Notes: generated from the sequence alone by a model not told the origin. Numbered from the stretch's first letter, positions 41,492 through 52,353 are shown. The stretch is 64,000 nt of DNA from Candidatus Aenigmatarchaeota archaeon (GCA_963726265.1 CAVSBQ010000002.1:861795-925794); one strand, 5' to 3'. Made by a program: numbers and translations.

Positions 41492-43327
41492 ATGGTGATG
41501 AAAAGCATAAGGCACATAACCAGCTCGAATTCCAGGACGCTCGTGCCAGACACGTCCGTTCTCATAAACAGGAAGCTCTCGGAGATGATAGAAGGCGGAA
41601 AACTCGACGGCGTGAGGATAATCATACCCAGGATAGTCGTCGACGAGCTGCAGGCGCAGGCGTCACGGGGGAAGGACGTCGGCTTCCGCGGCCTGGACGA
41701 GATAAAGAAGATTAAGGCGCTTTGCGAGAAGCACAAGATAAAGCTCACCTTCAGCGGAGAGCGGCCTTCGCAGGACGACATAAGCCTGGCGAAAAAAGGA
41801 AGGCTGGACGCGCTAATCCGCGACTTCGCGGTGAAGGAGAACGCGACCCTTCTGACCAGCGACTACGTGCAGGCGCTGGTGGGCGAGGCTGAAAATGTTT
41901 CGATTGACTACGTCCCGTTCGACATAAGCCACAAGGCGATAAAAATCGAGGGCTTCTTCACCCCGGACACGCAGTCCGTCCATCTCAAGGTCGGAGTGAA
42001 GCCTTACGCGAAACGGGGGAAGCCGGGCGAGGTGAAGCTCGTCCACATCAGGGACAAGCTGGTCGATGAGGACGAGCTGAAGGCGATAATCTACGAGATA
42101 CTTTCGAAGGTCCACAAGGACCCGGGCTCGTTCATCGAAATCGGGAAGCAGGGCGCCAGCGCTCTGGTCGTGCAGATGGGCAAATACAGGATAGCGATAA
42201 CGAGGCCGCCTTTCTCGTCCGCGACCGAAGTCACGGCAGTCAGGCCCATCGTCAAGCTCGAGCTGAAGGACTACGCCCTTCACAAGGATGTGGAGGAAAT
42301 GATAGTCGGCGACACGCGCGGCGTGCTCATAGCAGGCCCGCCCGGTTCGGGGAAATCGACCTTCGCAGGCAGCGTCGCCGAGTTCCTTTCGCACATGGGC
42401 AAGGTCGTCAAGACGTTCGAGCAGCCGAGGGATCTGCAGGTCGGCCCGGAAATAACGCAGTATGCGCCGCTCGAGAACGACTGGGAGAAAACCGCTGAAA
42501 TGCTTCTTCTGGTCAGGCCGGATTACACGATTTTCGACGAGGTGAGAAAGACCAAGGATTTCCGCGTCTTCGCGGACATGCGTCTCGCCGGCGTTGGAAT
42601 GATAGGCGTCGTCCACGCGACTGACGTAATCTCAGCGATACAGAGGTTCATGGGACGCATCGAATTGGGCATGATTCCCCACGTCGTCGACACTGTCATC
42701 TACATAAAGAACGGCAAAATACAGAGGATTTACACGCTCAGCCTGCTGGTGAAAGTCCCGTCAGGCATGACCGAAGCTGACCTGGCGAGGCCGGTCGTCG
42801 AGGTGCGCGACTTCGAGACGAAGAAGCTCGAATACGAGATTTACACCTTCGGCGAGGAGAACGTCGTCATCCCGATAAAGGAGGCGCCCAAGCCGCTGGT
42901 GGACATGATCACGAAGGTCATAGGCAGGGAGATAGGCCACCTCGACAAGAACCTGCAGATAGAGTTCCTGTCGGAAAACAGGATCGTTCTGCGGGTAAGG
43001 AATGACGTCATAGCCAAGATCATAGGAAGGCAGGGCAAGAACATCGAGGACCTCGAGAGGAAGACGGGCATACGCATCTCCGTCGAGCCCAGCGAAAACA
43101 CGTTAAAACAGGAAGTCGCGTTCGAGATAGGCGAGCGCGGCAAGGCCTTCGGCATCATGGTCGGCGACAGGCTAACCGGCCAGCAGATCGATTTGTATGA
43201 CGGGGAAGAGTATTTGTTTTCGCCAGTGGTCGGAAGAAAAGGAGAAGTCAGGGTAAGGAAGAAATCCGACGAAGGCCGCAAGATTCTGAGGGCGGTAAGC
43301 TCGAGAACGCTGAGAGTGCTGGCCTAG
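41492..43327 (+). CDS. PIN-domain ATPase with KH domain (PINA-type)
   Basis: VPDTSVL PIN domain, GPPGSGKST Walker A, LLLVRPDYTIFDEVR, RIELGMIP, IIGRQGKNI KH motif. Confidence 0.9.
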   Translation: MVMKSIRHITSSNSRTLVPDTSVLINRKLSEMIEGGKLDGVRIIIPRIVVDELQAQASRGKDVGFRGLDEIKKIKALCEKHKIKLTFSGERPSQDDISLAKKGRLDALIRDFAVKENATLLTSDYVQALVGEAENVSIDYVPFDISHKAIKIEGFFTPDTQSVHLKVGVKPYAKRGKPGEVKLVHIRDKLVDEDELKAIIYEILSKVHKDPGSFIEIGKQGASALVVQMGKYRIAITRPPFSSATEVTAVRPIVKLELKDYALHKDVEEMIVGDTRGVLIAGPPGSGKSTFAGSVAEFLSHMGKVVKTFEQPRDLQVGPEITQYAPLENDWEKTAEMLLLVRPDYTIFDEVRKTKDFRVFADMRLAGVGMIGVVHATDVISAIQRFMGRIELGMIPHVVDTVIYIKNGKIQRIYTLSLLVKVPSGMTEADLARPVVEVRDFETKKLEYEIYTFGEENVVIPIKEAPKPLVDMITKVIGREIGHLDKNLQIEFLSENRIVLRVRNDVIAKIIGRQGKNIEDLERKTGIRISVEPSENTLKQEVAFEIGERGKAFGIMVGDRLTGQQIDLYDGEEYLFSPVVGRKGEVRVRKKSDEGRKILRAVSSRTLRVLA

Positions 43328-43357
43328 CTTCTTTTTGATTTTTAATAATTAGAAAAA

Positions 43358-44698
43358 TCACATGCCGCCTGTCAAGCCGAACTGCTTGGCCATCTTTGCG
43401 AACGGCCCTCGTTTGAACGCCTTGCCGCCGCCGCTCATCTTCAAAAGCTTCTTTATCTGGTTGTAGTTTTTCAGCAGGTCGCGGACGTCGGCTTGCGTCG
43501 TTCCCGACCCTTTCGCTATTCGCTGGATGCGCGCCTGCTTTATGATGTCCGGGTCTTCGCGCTCCTGCGGAGTCATGGAGCTGATGATGTGCTTCCATTT
43601 TTTCATCTTACCCTCCTGCACGTCCATGAAGTTCGCAGGCAGTTTCCTCGCGAGCGCGCCGCCGCTGGACATACCAGGTATCATGTCCATGACCTTCGAA
43701 AGGGAACCCATCTTCTGCAGCGAGCCCAGCTGCTCGCAGAACTCGTTCATCGTGAAGCGGCCTTCGATGATTTTCTTCGCCGACTCTTCCGCGCCTGCGT
43801 CTTTCGCCTTCTCGAGCAGACCCTGGAGATCGCCGTAGCCTATCAGCCTCGATACGAAGCGTTGAGGATCGTACTCTTCGAAGTCGTCGATTTTCTCGCC
43901 CACGCCTATCATGCGGACGTTCGATCCGGAGACGCTCGTCGCCGCGAGCGCGCCGCCGCCTCTCGCTGTCCCGTCCATCTTGGTGATTATCACGCCGGTT
44001 ATGCCCACCAGCTTGTTGAATTCCTCGGCCTGCTTCCTCGCGGCTTGGCCTATGTCGGCCGGAACGACAAGGAAGACCTCGTCCGGTTTTATGATTTCGC
44101 CCATCTTCTTCAGCTCTCTGGCCAGCTCCCCGTCGAGCGCGTCGCGGCCCGCGGAATCGAATATGACAACGTTTTCTTTCGCTTCCTTCGCAGCGTGCTG
44201 CGCGATGTCTTCCGGCTTCCTGCCTTCGTCGTAGACCGGGACTTCCACCTGCTTCCCTATCTGCCTCAGCTGCTCCTGCGCCGCCGCCCTGTGGGTGTCG
44301 CAGGCGACCAAAGCGACGGAAAGGCCGCGCTTTTTGAACCAGAGCGCGAGCTTGCCGCATGTCGTGGTCTTGCCGGAGCCGAAAAGCCCGATGAGCAGGA
44401 TGCGCTGGTTCTTGAGGATGAGCTTGCCCTTCTCCTTCCCGAGAAGGCCGACAATCTCGTCGTAAAGCGTCTTGATGAAGAATTCCTTGAGCGTCATGCC
44501 CTTCGGCGTCTCTTTCAGGACCTTCTCCTTTATCCTCTGCGACATATCGAAAACGAGCTTCACGTCGACGTCCGACTGGATGAGCGTGCGCTGCAAATCA
44601 CGCACGATAGCTTCGACTGCCTCTTTGTCGACCACGCCGAGTCCCATGACCCTGCGGAAGACGTCCTTTATGCCCGAGCCGAACTTGTCCAGCACCAT
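43358..44698 (-). CDS. srp54: Signal recognition particle protein SRP54
   Basis: GLFGSGKTTT, DTHRAAA, DSAGR, TKMDGTARGGG, M domain SSMTPQER...RIQRIAKGSG. Confidence 0.95.
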   Translation of the reverse strand: MVLDKFGSGIKDVFRRVMGLGVVDKEAVEAIVRDLQRTLIQSDVDVKLVFDMSQRIKEKVLKETPKGMTLKEFFIKTLYDEIVGLLGKEKGKLILKNQRILLIGLFGSGKTTTCGKLALWFKKRGLSVALVACDTHRAAAQEQLRQIGKQVEVPVYDEGRKPEDIAQHAAKEAKENVVIFDSAGRDALDGELARELKKMGEIIKPDEVFLVVPADIGQAARKQAEEFNKLVGITGVIITKMDGTARGGGALAATSVSGSNVRMIGVGEKIDDFEEYDPQRFVSRLIGYGDLQGLLEKAKDAGAEESAKKIIEGRFTMNEFCEQLGSLQKMGSLSKVMDMIPGMSSGGALARKLPANFMDVQEGKMKKWKHIISSMTPQEREDPDIIKQARIQRIAKGSGTTQADVRDLLKNYNQIKKLLKMSGGGKAFKRGPFAKMAKQFGLTGGM

Positions 44699-44810
44699 GG
44701 TTCACCTTGCTGTCAGACGCATTAACCGATAGATATAGAATTGGCCGGTATATATAAATATTATAAAAAGCGAAAGAAGAAAGAAAAATAAAAAAGAGAG
44801 CAAGCCCGTT

Positions 44811-44966
44811 TTACTTGGATGACAGTCTCTTGCTCTTCACGACTACCCACAGCTTCTTCGTCATTTCGCTGGGAGTTATCCTGCTCTTGCCGAAAACGTC
44901 TTCAAGAGTTTCTCTCCTGCCGGCAAAGCAGATCGTGTAACCACCAAAAGCAACTTTCTTAGCCAT
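44811..44966 (-). CDS. Small basic protein (51 aa) with SWIB/MDM2-like motif, missing from the ORF track
   Basis: MAKKVAFGGYTICFAGRRETLEDVFGKSRITPSEMTKKLWVVVKSKRLSSK; GGGGTG RBS, TATATAAG box upstream, T-rich tract downstream. Confidence 0.75.
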   Translation of the reverse strand: MAKKVAFGGYTICFAGRRETLEDVFGKSRITPSEMTKKLWVVVKSKRLSSK

Positions 44967-45141
44967 AGTTTACACCCCTTAGAATTTTATAATATTGATT
45001 GCATTTTCTGCCTTATATACGTTAGCGACGCAGACGGCCCGTCCTACGAGGGAAGCCGCCGAAAGCTTTATATACATCTGAACCAATAAATAAGTAAAAT
45101 TAACTATTATTTAGTAACAAATGATAGGAGGGTTGGATATC

Positions 45142-45519
45142 ATGAAAATATTCAAGACAAAGTTTCCCAAGATTCCAACGGAAATGGGTACATATTTAGC
45201 TTTGGCTGCGCTTGGCGCTTCAGCAGCTGGTCTTTTATCATATACTGATTATAATCGGAAATTGGATAATCAGCTGAAATATCAACGTGCAGCTGTTGTG
45301 GAGACGCCATACAGTCCAAACATAGGATGGGATAATTTTGTGCATGAAGGCGGTGGCACAACAGATGACTGGTTTTTGTTCAATAAGAAATTACAAGAAA
45401 TCAACGGCGGAGACCTGACATCATTCAGGCTCGGCGACAAAATTCTCCTGCTGGATTTGGCGAACCCGAAAACAGGAGAGCCCGACGGAAAGGTTTTGCC
45501 GGAGAACTACTCGAAATAA
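45142..45519 (+). CDS. Hypothetical membrane-anchored protein
   Basis: GGAGG RBS and GAAAGCTTTATATA promoter upstream; one hydrophobic helix; INGGDLTSFRLGDKILL weakly LysM-like. Confidence 0.6.
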   Translation: MKIFKTKFPKIPTEMGTYLALAALGASAAGLLSYTDYNRKLDNQLKYQRAAVVETPYSPNIGWDNFVHEGGGTTDDWFLFNKKLQEINGGDLTSFRLGDKILLLDLANPKTGEPDGKVLPENYSK

Positions 45520-45535
45520 AGGAGTGTGATGACCA

Positions 45536-45751
45536 ATGAAAAGCCTTTATCATGCAGTTATTATGCTACAACGTACTCCTGATGGCGATGTATACAAGGG
45601 TATGTTCGGCAACCCAAAAAATTTCACTTCAGGAACCTGCGTGGATGTGTTGGAAGGCACCGACAAGCATGCCTTGATGAGAAAAGTAAACACGAGAGGC
45701 AGGATATTGGCGCAGTCTTTAAAAACAGATTACAGGCCCATTCACTGCTAG
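45536..45751 (+). CDS. Hypothetical protein (71 aa)
   Basis: GGAG RBS; co-oriented with the previous ORF. Confidence 0.5.
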   Translation: MKSLYHAVIMLQRTPDGDVYKGMFGNPKNFTSGTCVDVLEGTDKHALMRKVNTRGRILAQSLKTDYRPIHC

Positions 45752-45756
45752 CCTTT

Positions 45757-46509
45757 TTATTTTTCCATCTCGAAGGTGGCTTCTCCGTGCTTGGAGAACT
45801 CCCTCACAATGTCCTCGCCCACTGAGCGAACCTTGCTTTCGACTTCCTTGTAATTCTTGCCCTCGCCCACCAGCATGTATCTGGGCGCGGAGACGTACTG
45901 GATTTCCAGGCCCTGCTTCTTCGCGGTGAGGAGGATTTTCTTTATCACACCCACGCCGTCGGGTTCGTTGGTCATGAGCCTCAGCTGGCCCTTCACCAGG
46001 AACGTCTTGTCGGCGAAGTTCTTCTGGGCGATTTCTATGATGGCCTTCGTCCATTTCTCGGGCAGGCCCTTCCTGGTGAGAAGGTCCGGCGTCCTGAAGG
46101 CCATCTCGAAAAGCTTCGTGAACGAGCCGAACTCCTCGATGATGTAGGGCCCGATTTCCTTCTTGGTCTGCTCGAGCGTCCTGTCGAGGCTCTTGCCGAC
46201 CATTTCCAGCAGCTTTTCGCTTCGCTTCTCGCGCTTGAACTCGTTGAGCTTGCGCACCGTGTCCTCGCGGTGCACGCGCTTCAGGGAAAGCGAGATGCCC
46301 TCGGGCCTCGCGTCCAGCACGCGGCACACGATGTATTCGTTCTCCCTCACGAACTCGCGGATGTCGCGCACCCAGCGCGACGCGATTTCAGAAACGTGTA
46401 TCATGCCCGTGGTGTCGTATTCAAGAATATAGACTATGGCGGAATGGGGGTTGATTCTCGTTACCCTGCATACGACCAGTTCGCCGTATTTGGGGAGCCT
46501 TTCATTCAT
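45757..46509 (-). CDS. eif2a: Translation initiation factor aIF2 alpha
   Basis: S1 domain GELVVC...GMIHVSEIASRWVRDIR...SLSLKRV; YVSAPRY. Confidence 0.93.
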   Translation of the reverse strand: MNERLPKYGELVVCRVTRINPHSAIVYILEYDTTGMIHVSEIASRWVRDIREFVRENEYIVCRVLDARPEGISLSLKRVHREDTVRKLNEFKREKRSEKLLEMVGKSLDRTLEQTKKEIGPYIIEEFGSFTKLFEMAFRTPDLLTRKGLPEKWTKAIIEIAQKNFADKTFLVKGQLRLMTNEPDGVGVIKKILLTAKKQGLEIQYVSAPRYMLVGEGKNYKEVESKVRSVGEDIVREFSKHGEATFEMEK

Positions 46510-46510
46510 T

Positions 46511-46675
46511 TCAGACCTCTGTGGCGCCCTCGCCGGTCATGAAGGCCTTGCCGCCCGTGGGCCTGGCCAGGACCTCTCCGCACACGAGGCACTTGACTGC
46601 GCTGGCGGACTTCTCGAACATGACCTGCTCGTTCTTGCACTTGCTGCACTTCACTCGCAGGAACTTTGAAACCAT
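46511..46675 (-). CDS. rps27e: 30S ribosomal protein S27e, missing from the ORF track
   Basis: MVSKFLRVKCSKCKNEQVMFEKSASAVKCLVCGEVLARPTGGKA. Confidence 0.93.
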   Translation of the reverse strand: MVSKFLRVKCSKCKNEQVMFEKSASAVKCLVCGEVLARPTGGKAFMTGEGATEV

Positions 46676-46707
46676 ACCCATTCTCCTTATCCGTTTTCAG
46701 ATAACCA

Positions 46708-47088
46708 TCATTTGCCGGGATGTTCGGTCTTGTGCTCGGCCTTCGCTTCCTTCTTGGCTTCCGGTGCCGCCTTCGACTCCTCGGCTTTCGCATCGGCATT
46801 GCCTTTCGCCTTCTCCGACCGTTTCCGGATGATGTCCATCCTCATCTTAGGCAAGGCTTCCTTCTTGTCGTATACATGCGCCGTGACCAGCGACTCGCCC
46901 TTGCCTTTCTCCGTGAATATCTTGCGTATCAGTATGCGCTCCGCGTCCGCCTTAAGCACGCTTTCCAGGGACGGCATTATCTGGCCGCGGGTGGGCGTGG
47001 GTTTGCCGTGATGCTCGAATACCGCCTTTATTTCGTCCCTTTCCATGAAGGGATTCTTTTTGTGCTCCAAAATCTTCAATGACATCAT
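46708..47088 (-). CDS. rps24e: 30S ribosomal protein S24e with Lys/Glu/Ala-rich tail
   Basis: KKNPFMERDEI...HHGKPTPTR...G.GES...AHVY. Confidence 0.85.
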   Translation of the reverse strand: MMSLKILEHKKNPFMERDEIKAVFEHHGKPTPTRGQIMPSLESVLKADAERILIRKIFTEKGKGESLVTAHVYDKKEALPKMRMDIIRKRSEKAKGNADAKAEESKAAPEAKKEAKAEHKTEHPGK

Positions 47089-47282
47089 TTCACCCACAAG
47101 GCGTATTTGCCCGGCGCAGTTATGCCGAGCAGCTTCGCCAGCTCCGATTCGTTAGGATCGTTGACTATTATGACGCCCTTCCACGTCTTCGTGAAATCCT
47201 TCGTCCCGCATGCGGGGCACTTCTCGTCAAGCACGAAGCGCTTGCACGTCTTGCATACTTTTTCCTTGTCAGCCATAAGCAT
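47085..47282 (-). CDS. spt4: Transcription elongation factor Spt4 (RpoE'')
   Basis: CKTCK...CPACG...WKGVIIV.DP..SELAK.LGI..PGKYAL. Confidence 0.93.
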   Translation of the reverse strand: MLMADKEKVCKTCKRFVLDEKCPACGTKDFTKTWKGVIIVNDPNESELAKLLGITAPGKYALWVK

Positions 47283-47287
47283 CAGCC

Positions 47288-47893
47288 TTATTTCTTCTTC
47301 TCTCTCCTTTCAACCTTCTCGGGCTTCTTCTCTTCCTTCCTGGCGACGGTTTCCTCGGCCTTCTCATCCTTGATGTACCAGTCGAGCGCCCCCAGGCCGG
47401 GCTGCCTAGTCGTCAGGCCGATCTTGAACTGGTTCTCGGCCATCGATATAGAGATTATCCTGGCAAGGACGACGGACTTGTCCTTTACCCTTCTCTTAGT
47501 CTTCTTGCCTGTGAACATCATGTTTTTCTGGTCATACGAGACGAAGTCGTCCATGAGCTGCGAGACGTGGATCATCCCGTCCACGGGGCCGAATCTCACG
47601 AATACCCCGAATTCCGTCACGTCTATGACCTCGCCTTTCACTATCTCGTGCTGCTCGGGCATGTATGTCAGGACCCTGAAATCCACCGGGTAGTAGAGCG
47701 CTCCGTCGCCTGGCATGATCATGCCTTCGCCTATATTCTCCACTGACATCACGGACAGTATCACGCCGAGGTTCTTGTCTATCGAGCCCTCCAGCTTCTC
47801 CTCGAGGCTCACCTTGACTGCCTCGTTGAGCTTGAGCCCGAACTTGTCTGGAGCGACGCGTACCTTGTCGCTCACGTCGAATACCTTGTACAT
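47288..47893 (-). CDS. rpoE: RNA polymerase subunit E' (Rpo7)
   Basis: VRVAPDKF, GMIMPGDG, EFGVFVRFGPVDGMIHVSQ, IGLTTRQPGLG. Confidence 0.95.
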   Translation of the reverse strand: MYKVFDVSDKVRVAPDKFGLKLNEAVKVSLEEKLEGSIDKNLGVILSVMSVENIGEGMIMPGDGALYYPVDFRVLTYMPEQHEIVKGEVIDVTEFGVFVRFGPVDGMIHVSQLMDDFVSYDQKNMMFTGKKTKRRVKDKSVVLARIISISMAENQFKIGLTTRQPGLGALDWYIKDEKAEETVARKEEKKPEKVERREKKK

Positions 47894-47968
47894 GTCATCA
47901 CTCCTAGATTATAGGTTATAACTATACCTGTCAGGTTATATTTATAAGATTTCATGAATTTATAAACT

Positions 47969-48433
47969 TCATTCCAGTTCTTCCAGCACGCATATGTTCG
48001 GTTTCAGGGTGGCTACGTCGCTCCTGCAGAGCAGCTTTTTCATGCCGGTGGCGTCGCTTATGTTGCTCAGGTCTATCTGCGTGCCCTGGAGGTCGATCAT
48101 CCAGTCGGACGTCTCGTTCTCCGAAACGCCGTAAGACAGCATGACGTACGATCTGTCCGTGTTTATGCCCTTGACGAAGTCCTGGTACATGGTTTCCCTG
48201 GCGGTGCAGTTGTCGCAGGCCTCGTTGTGGAAGTATTCGATGATGGCGTTGCCGCCGCTCAGGACGCTCCTCATCTCGTTCAGCGTGAGCTTGCGGTTCA
48301 CGACGGTTGGCACCTGCACCTGCGTCGTCGTGCCGGCAGGCTGCGTGCGGAGCAGCGCCACTTCCGCGACGCTGGCCAGCATGACGACTCCTATGAATAT
48401 CGCCACAAGCCTCTTTTTCGTAAGGTTGTCCAT
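47969..48433 (-). CDS. Membrane-anchored protein with CxxC motif (thioredoxin-like)
   Basis: N-terminal TM; IIEYFHNEACDNC. Confidence 0.55.
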   Translation of the reverse strand: MDNLTKKRLVAIFIGVVMLASVAEVALLRTQPAGTTTQVQVPTVVNRKLTLNEMRSVLSGGNAIIEYFHNEACDNCTARETMYQDFVKGINTDRSYVMLSYGVSENETSDWMIDLQGTQIDLSNISDATGMKKLLCRSDVATLKPNICVLEELE

Positions 48434-48479
48434 GCAATCGCCGGATAATTCGAATAATCAAATATGTGATTAAGACGCT

Positions 48480-49097
48480 TTATAACCCTTTCAGCCTCTT
48501 CATGCGGAAGATGTTCTCCCTTTCCATCTCCTCGAGGCGCATGTTGATGAAGGCGGCCTGATCCTTCAGCCGCGGGATGACCACGAACTCGAGCGCGTTG
48601 ACCCTGCGCTTCGTCGATTCTATCTCTTTCAGCAGCTTCCTCATGGTGGTCTCGATTTCGGCTGCGCTTATTATGCTCTCGAGCAGCTCCTCGTAAGAAT
48701 TGACCATCTCGTCTATGCGCATGCTGGTCGAAAGCATGCCGTAGCCGCGCTGGACCAGGTTCTTCCTCATGGCGCCGGCCTTTATCACGGGGACGGTCAC
48801 GCCCATTATGTTCTTGACCTCCAGGTCTATCGCCGGCCTTTCGCGGAGTGCGAGCGCGACCGACTTCACGTGGACTATGCCGTCCAGGGCCGCGCTTTCC
48901 AGCATCTTGCCGTGGGCGGCGAGGAACTTGACGTTAAGCTCCCTGCGCAGGTTCCTCGCGTTCTTGAGGACCTCGAAGAACTCCATTATCAGGCCGTCGC
49001 GTTTCTTCTTGAGCAGCTTGTGGCCTGACGCCGCAAGCTTGATTTTTTTCTTCAGGTTGATGAGCTCGGACCTCGTCGCCTTGACTTCAGTTGCCAT
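48480..49097 (-). CDS. atpD: A-type ATP synthase subunit D
   Basis: TRSEL, GHKLLKKKRD, TKRRVNALE..VIP, LEEMERE. Confidence 0.95.
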   Translation of the reverse strand: MATEVKATRSELINLKKKIKLAASGHKLLKKKRDGLIMEFFEVLKNARNLRRELNVKFLAAHGKMLESAALDGIVHVKSVALALRERPAIDLEVKNIMGVTVPVIKAGAMRKNLVQRGYGMLSTSMRIDEMVNSYEELLESIISAAEIETTMRKLLKEIESTKRRVNALEFVVIPRLKDQAAFINMRLEEMERENIFRMKRLKGL

Positions 49098-49155
49098 TTT
49101 CAGACCTCATTTTATTTCCTTCGCTACGCCGTTCAGTTTTTGTGCAAACATTTTC

Positions 49156-50568
49156 TTACTTTTTGGCTTTCTCCGCCTTCTCGCTTTTATCTTCACTCTT
49201 GTCGCTGTAGAACCTCTTCTTGAAGTCCTCGCTTATCCTCGTCAGCTCGTCCCTCGGTATGGCCGAAAGCAGGTTCCATGAGATGCCAAGCGTCTTCTCT
49301 ATTTCCCTGTTTTCCTTTATGCCCTGGCGAACGAACGTCTTCTCGAACTCCTCCGCGAACTTGAGAAGGCGTCGGTCACGTGGCGAAAGCGCCTCCTCGC
49401 CGACTATGGCGACCAGCCCTCGAAGGTCGCGGCCTTCGGCGTAGCCTGCGTAAAGCTGGTCGGAGACCTGGCGGTGGTCTTCCCTGGTTTTCCCCTTGCC
49501 TATGCCCTGGTTCATGAGGCGAGAAAGGGAGGGAAGCACGTCGACTGGCGGGTAGATGCCTTTCATGTGCAGTTCCCTGCTAAGCACGACCTGCCCTTCA
49601 GTAATATAGCCCGTGAGGTCGGGGATGGGATGGGTGATGTCGTCTCCTATCATGGTCAGGATGGGGAACTGGGTTATGCTGCCCTTCCTGCCCTTTATCA
49701 TGCCCGCACGCTCGTAGATGTTGGCGAGGTCGGTATACATGTATCCCGGGTAGCCGCGGCGGCCTGGGATTTCCTCTCTCGCAGAGCCTATCTCGCGCAG
49801 CGACTCACAGTAGTTGGTCATGTCCGTGAGAATCACGAGCACGTGCATGTTCTTCTGATAGGCCAGAAACTCGGCGGTCGTAAGCGCGAGCTTCGGCGTG
49901 ATTAAGCGCTCGACGGCCGGATCGTCCGCAAGGTTGAGGAACACGACCGCACGTTCTATCGCTCCCGTCTCCTCGAAGTTGCGGATGAACTTCTGCGCTT
50001 CCTCGTTCGTGATGCCCATCGCGGCGAACACGACGGCGAAAGATTCCTTTTCGCCAAGGACTTTGGCCTGCCTCGCTATCTGCAGCGCGATGTCGTTGTG
50101 CGGAAGGCCGCTTCCTGAGAATATCGGCAGCTTCTGGCCGCGGACGAGCGTGTTCATGCCATCTATCGTCGAAATCCCGGTCTGTATGAAATCCTGCGGC
50201 GGCCCGCGGGCATACGGATTTATCGCCGCGCCCGTTATGTCCAGGTCGTCCTCGGGGATGATTTCTGGCCCGCCGTCAATCGGCTCGCTCCTGCCGTTGA
50301 ATATCCTTCCCATCATGTCATCCGAAACTTTAAGCCGCATGACGTCTCCGAGGAAGCGGACGCTGGCCTTCTTGCTTATGCCGCTCGTCCCCTCGAAGCT
50401 CTGGATGACGACGATGTCCCTCGCCGTGTCCAGCACCTGGCCTAAACGCTTTTCCCCGTTGGACAGCGTGACCTTGACCAGCTCTCCGTAGCCGACGGGA
50501 TGGGTCTTTTCAACGAATATCAAAGGGCCTGCAATCCTGTTTATCGTCTTGTAATCTTTCATTCTCAT
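49156..50568 (-). CDS. atpB: A-type ATP synthase subunit B
   Basis: [44 protein letters not shown]. Confidence 0.97.
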   Translation of the reverse strand: MRMKDYKTINRIAGPLIFVEKTHPVGYGELVKVTLSNGEKRLGQVLDTARDIVVIQSFEGTSGISKKASVRFLGDVMRLKVSDDMMGRIFNGRSEPIDGGPEIIPEDDLDITGAAINPYARGPPQDFIQTGISTIDGMNTLVRGQKLPIFSGSGLPHNDIALQIARQAKVLGEKESFAVVFAAMGITNEEAQKFIRNFEETGAIERAVVFLNLADDPAVERLITPKLALTTAEFLAYQKNMHVLVILTDMTNYCESLREIGSAREEIPGRRGYPGYMYTDLANIYERAGMIKGRKGSITQFPILTMIGDDITHPIPDLTGYITEGQVVLSRELHMKGIYPPVDVLPSLSRLMNQGIGKGKTREDHRQVSDQLYAGYAEGRDLRGLVAIVGEEALSPRDRRLLKFAEEFEKTFVRQGIKENREIEKTLGISWNLLSAIPRDELTRISEDFKKRFYSDKSEDKSEKAEKAKK

Positions 50569-50589
50569 ATTGAGCACCTCCAGCAATAA

Positions 50590-52353
50590 TCACTTAATCT
50601 CCCTGATTAAACATTCTATCTCCTTGTCCATGGCCTGCACGGCCTCGTTAAGGATCTTTTCGTGGTCCTTCTCGAACTTCGCGTCCGCAATCCTGTTCTT
50701 CGCCTTGGTTTCGAGAAGGTTCCTTACCAGCACGCCCGCCTTCAGCGCGTATCTGGCCTTCTCGGAGAAGTGCAGGATGGTCTTCATCATCTTGTAGCTC
50801 TTCTTCAGGTCGCAGAACGTGTCCACCTCGTGGTAGGCGCTCTGCTGCAGGAACAGCTCTCGTATCATCCTCGCGATCTCGAGCGTGAGCTGCTCGCTTT
50901 CGGGCAGCGCGTCCGAGCCGACCAGCTGCACGATTTCCTGCAGCTTCTCCTCCTCCTGCAGGATTCTCTTGAACTCGCCGACCATCTTCCTCCAGTCGGG
51001 CGCGACGTTCTTCGCATACCACGGTTCGAGTATGTCCTCGTATAGCGAATAGGATGTCAGCCAGTTTATCGAAGGGAAATGCCTTCTGTGCGCGAGCTTC
51101 GCGTCCAGCGCCCAGAACGTCTTGACGACGCGGAGCGTCGATTGAGTAACGGGTTCTGAGAAGTCGCCTCCAGGCGGCGAGACAGCGCCGATGATGCTTA
51201 TGGAGCCGATCTTGCTGACGCCGAGCGGCTTCACTCTTCCGGCGCGCTCGTAGAACTCCGCGAGCCTGGATGACAGGTAGGCGGGGTAGCCTTCCTCGCC
51301 CGGCATTTCTTCCAGACGAGACGAGATTTCTCTCATCGCCTCCGCCCAGCGCGACGTGGAGTCGGCCATGAGCGCGACGTCGTAGCCCATGTCCCTGTAG
51401 TATTCGGCGATGGTGATGCCCGTATAAATCGACGCCTCCCTGGCCGCGACGGGCATGTTCGACGTGTTCGCGATAAGGACGGTTCTCTCCATGAGAGGCT
51501 TCCCGGTTTTCGGGTCTATCAGCTTCGGGAAATCCTTGAGGACCTCGGTCATTTCATTCCCTCGCTCGCCACAGCCGACGTAGACTACGATGTCCGCGTC
51601 AGACCATTTCGCGAGCTGCTGCTGAATCACGGTCTTTCCCGACCCGAACGGACCTGGAATACCGCCTGCCCCGCCTTTCGCCAGCGGGAACAGGCCGTCG
51701 AGAATCCTCTGGCCCGTGATGAGCGGGATTTCGGGGGTGAGCTTCTCCTTGCACGGCCTCGATTTTCTTATGGGCCATATCTGCATCATGCTGAGCTTCT
51801 TGCCGTTCGTGAGGACGGCGACGGTATCTTCGACCGTGAACTCGCCTTCCCTTATCTCCTTTATCTTGCCCGAGACCCCGGGAGGGACGAGGATCCTGTG
51901 GTCGATGACGCCGGTCTCTTTCACCGTGCCTATTGTCTGGCCTTCCTTGACGTCGTCGCCTTTCTTCACGTTCGGCTTGAACTTCCATTTCTTCTTCATG
52001 TCCAGCCCAGGCGTTTTAGCGCCTCGTCGGATGAAGTCGCCCATCATGTCCTTGAGGACCGGCAGCGGACGCTGTATGCCGTCGTAAATGCTCGTGAGCA
52101 GGCCAGGCCCGAGCATCGCGACGAGCGGCTGCTCCGTGTTCTCCACGGGCTCGCCCGGCCTGAGGCCGGAGGTGTCCTCGTAAACCTGGATGGTTATCTT
52201 GTCCGGGTTCACCTGGATGACCTCGCCCATGAGGCGCTCGTTCCCCACGCGCATCAAATCATACATCCTTGCTTCTATGTCTTCCGCAACTACAACGGGT
52301 CCGGCGACCCTGTATATCTTTCCCTTCGCTTCTGATTTTTTCTTTTCCATCAT
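50590..52353 (-). CDS. atpA: A-type ATP synthase subunit A (no intein)
   Basis: [46 protein letters not shown]. Confidence 0.97.
   Translation of the reverse strand: MMEKKKSEAKGKIYRVAGPVVVAEDIEARMYDLMRVGNERLMGEVIQVNPDKITIQVYEDTSGLRPGEPVENTEQPLVAMLGPGLLTSIYDGIQRPLPVLKDMMGDFIRRGAKTPGLDMKKKWKFKPNVKKGDDVKEGQTIGTVKETGVIDHRILVPPGVSGKIKEIREGEFTVEDTVAVLTNGKKLSMMQIWPIRKSRPCKEKLTPEIPLITGQRILDGLFPLAKGGAGGIPGPFGSGKTVIQQQLAKWSDADIVVYVGCGERGNEMTEVLKDFPKLIDPKTGKPLMERTVLIANTSNMPVAAREASIYTGITIAEYYRDMGYDVALMADSTSRWAEAMREISSRLEEMPGEEGYPAYLSSRLAEFYERAGRVKPLGVSKIGSISIIGAVSPPGGDFSEPVTQSTLRVVKTFWALDAKLAHRRHFPSINWLTSYSLYEDILEPWYAKNVAPDWRKMVGEFKRILQEEEKLQEIVQLVGSDALPESEQLTLEIARMIRELFLQQSAYHEVDTFCDLKKSYKMMKTILHFSEKARYALKAGVLVRNLLETKAKNRIADAKFEKDHEKILNEAVQAMDKEIECLIREIK

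Noticed and set aside
45037..45064. Small GC-rich hairpin followed by GAAA, considered as a ribozyme
   Set aside because: No hammerhead CUGANGA core; the GAAA belongs to the BRE of the adjacent TATA box.
50590..52353. Intein in atpA (also considered for top6B and tfb)
   Set aside because: Lengths are normal and no intein or homing-endonuclease motifs are present.
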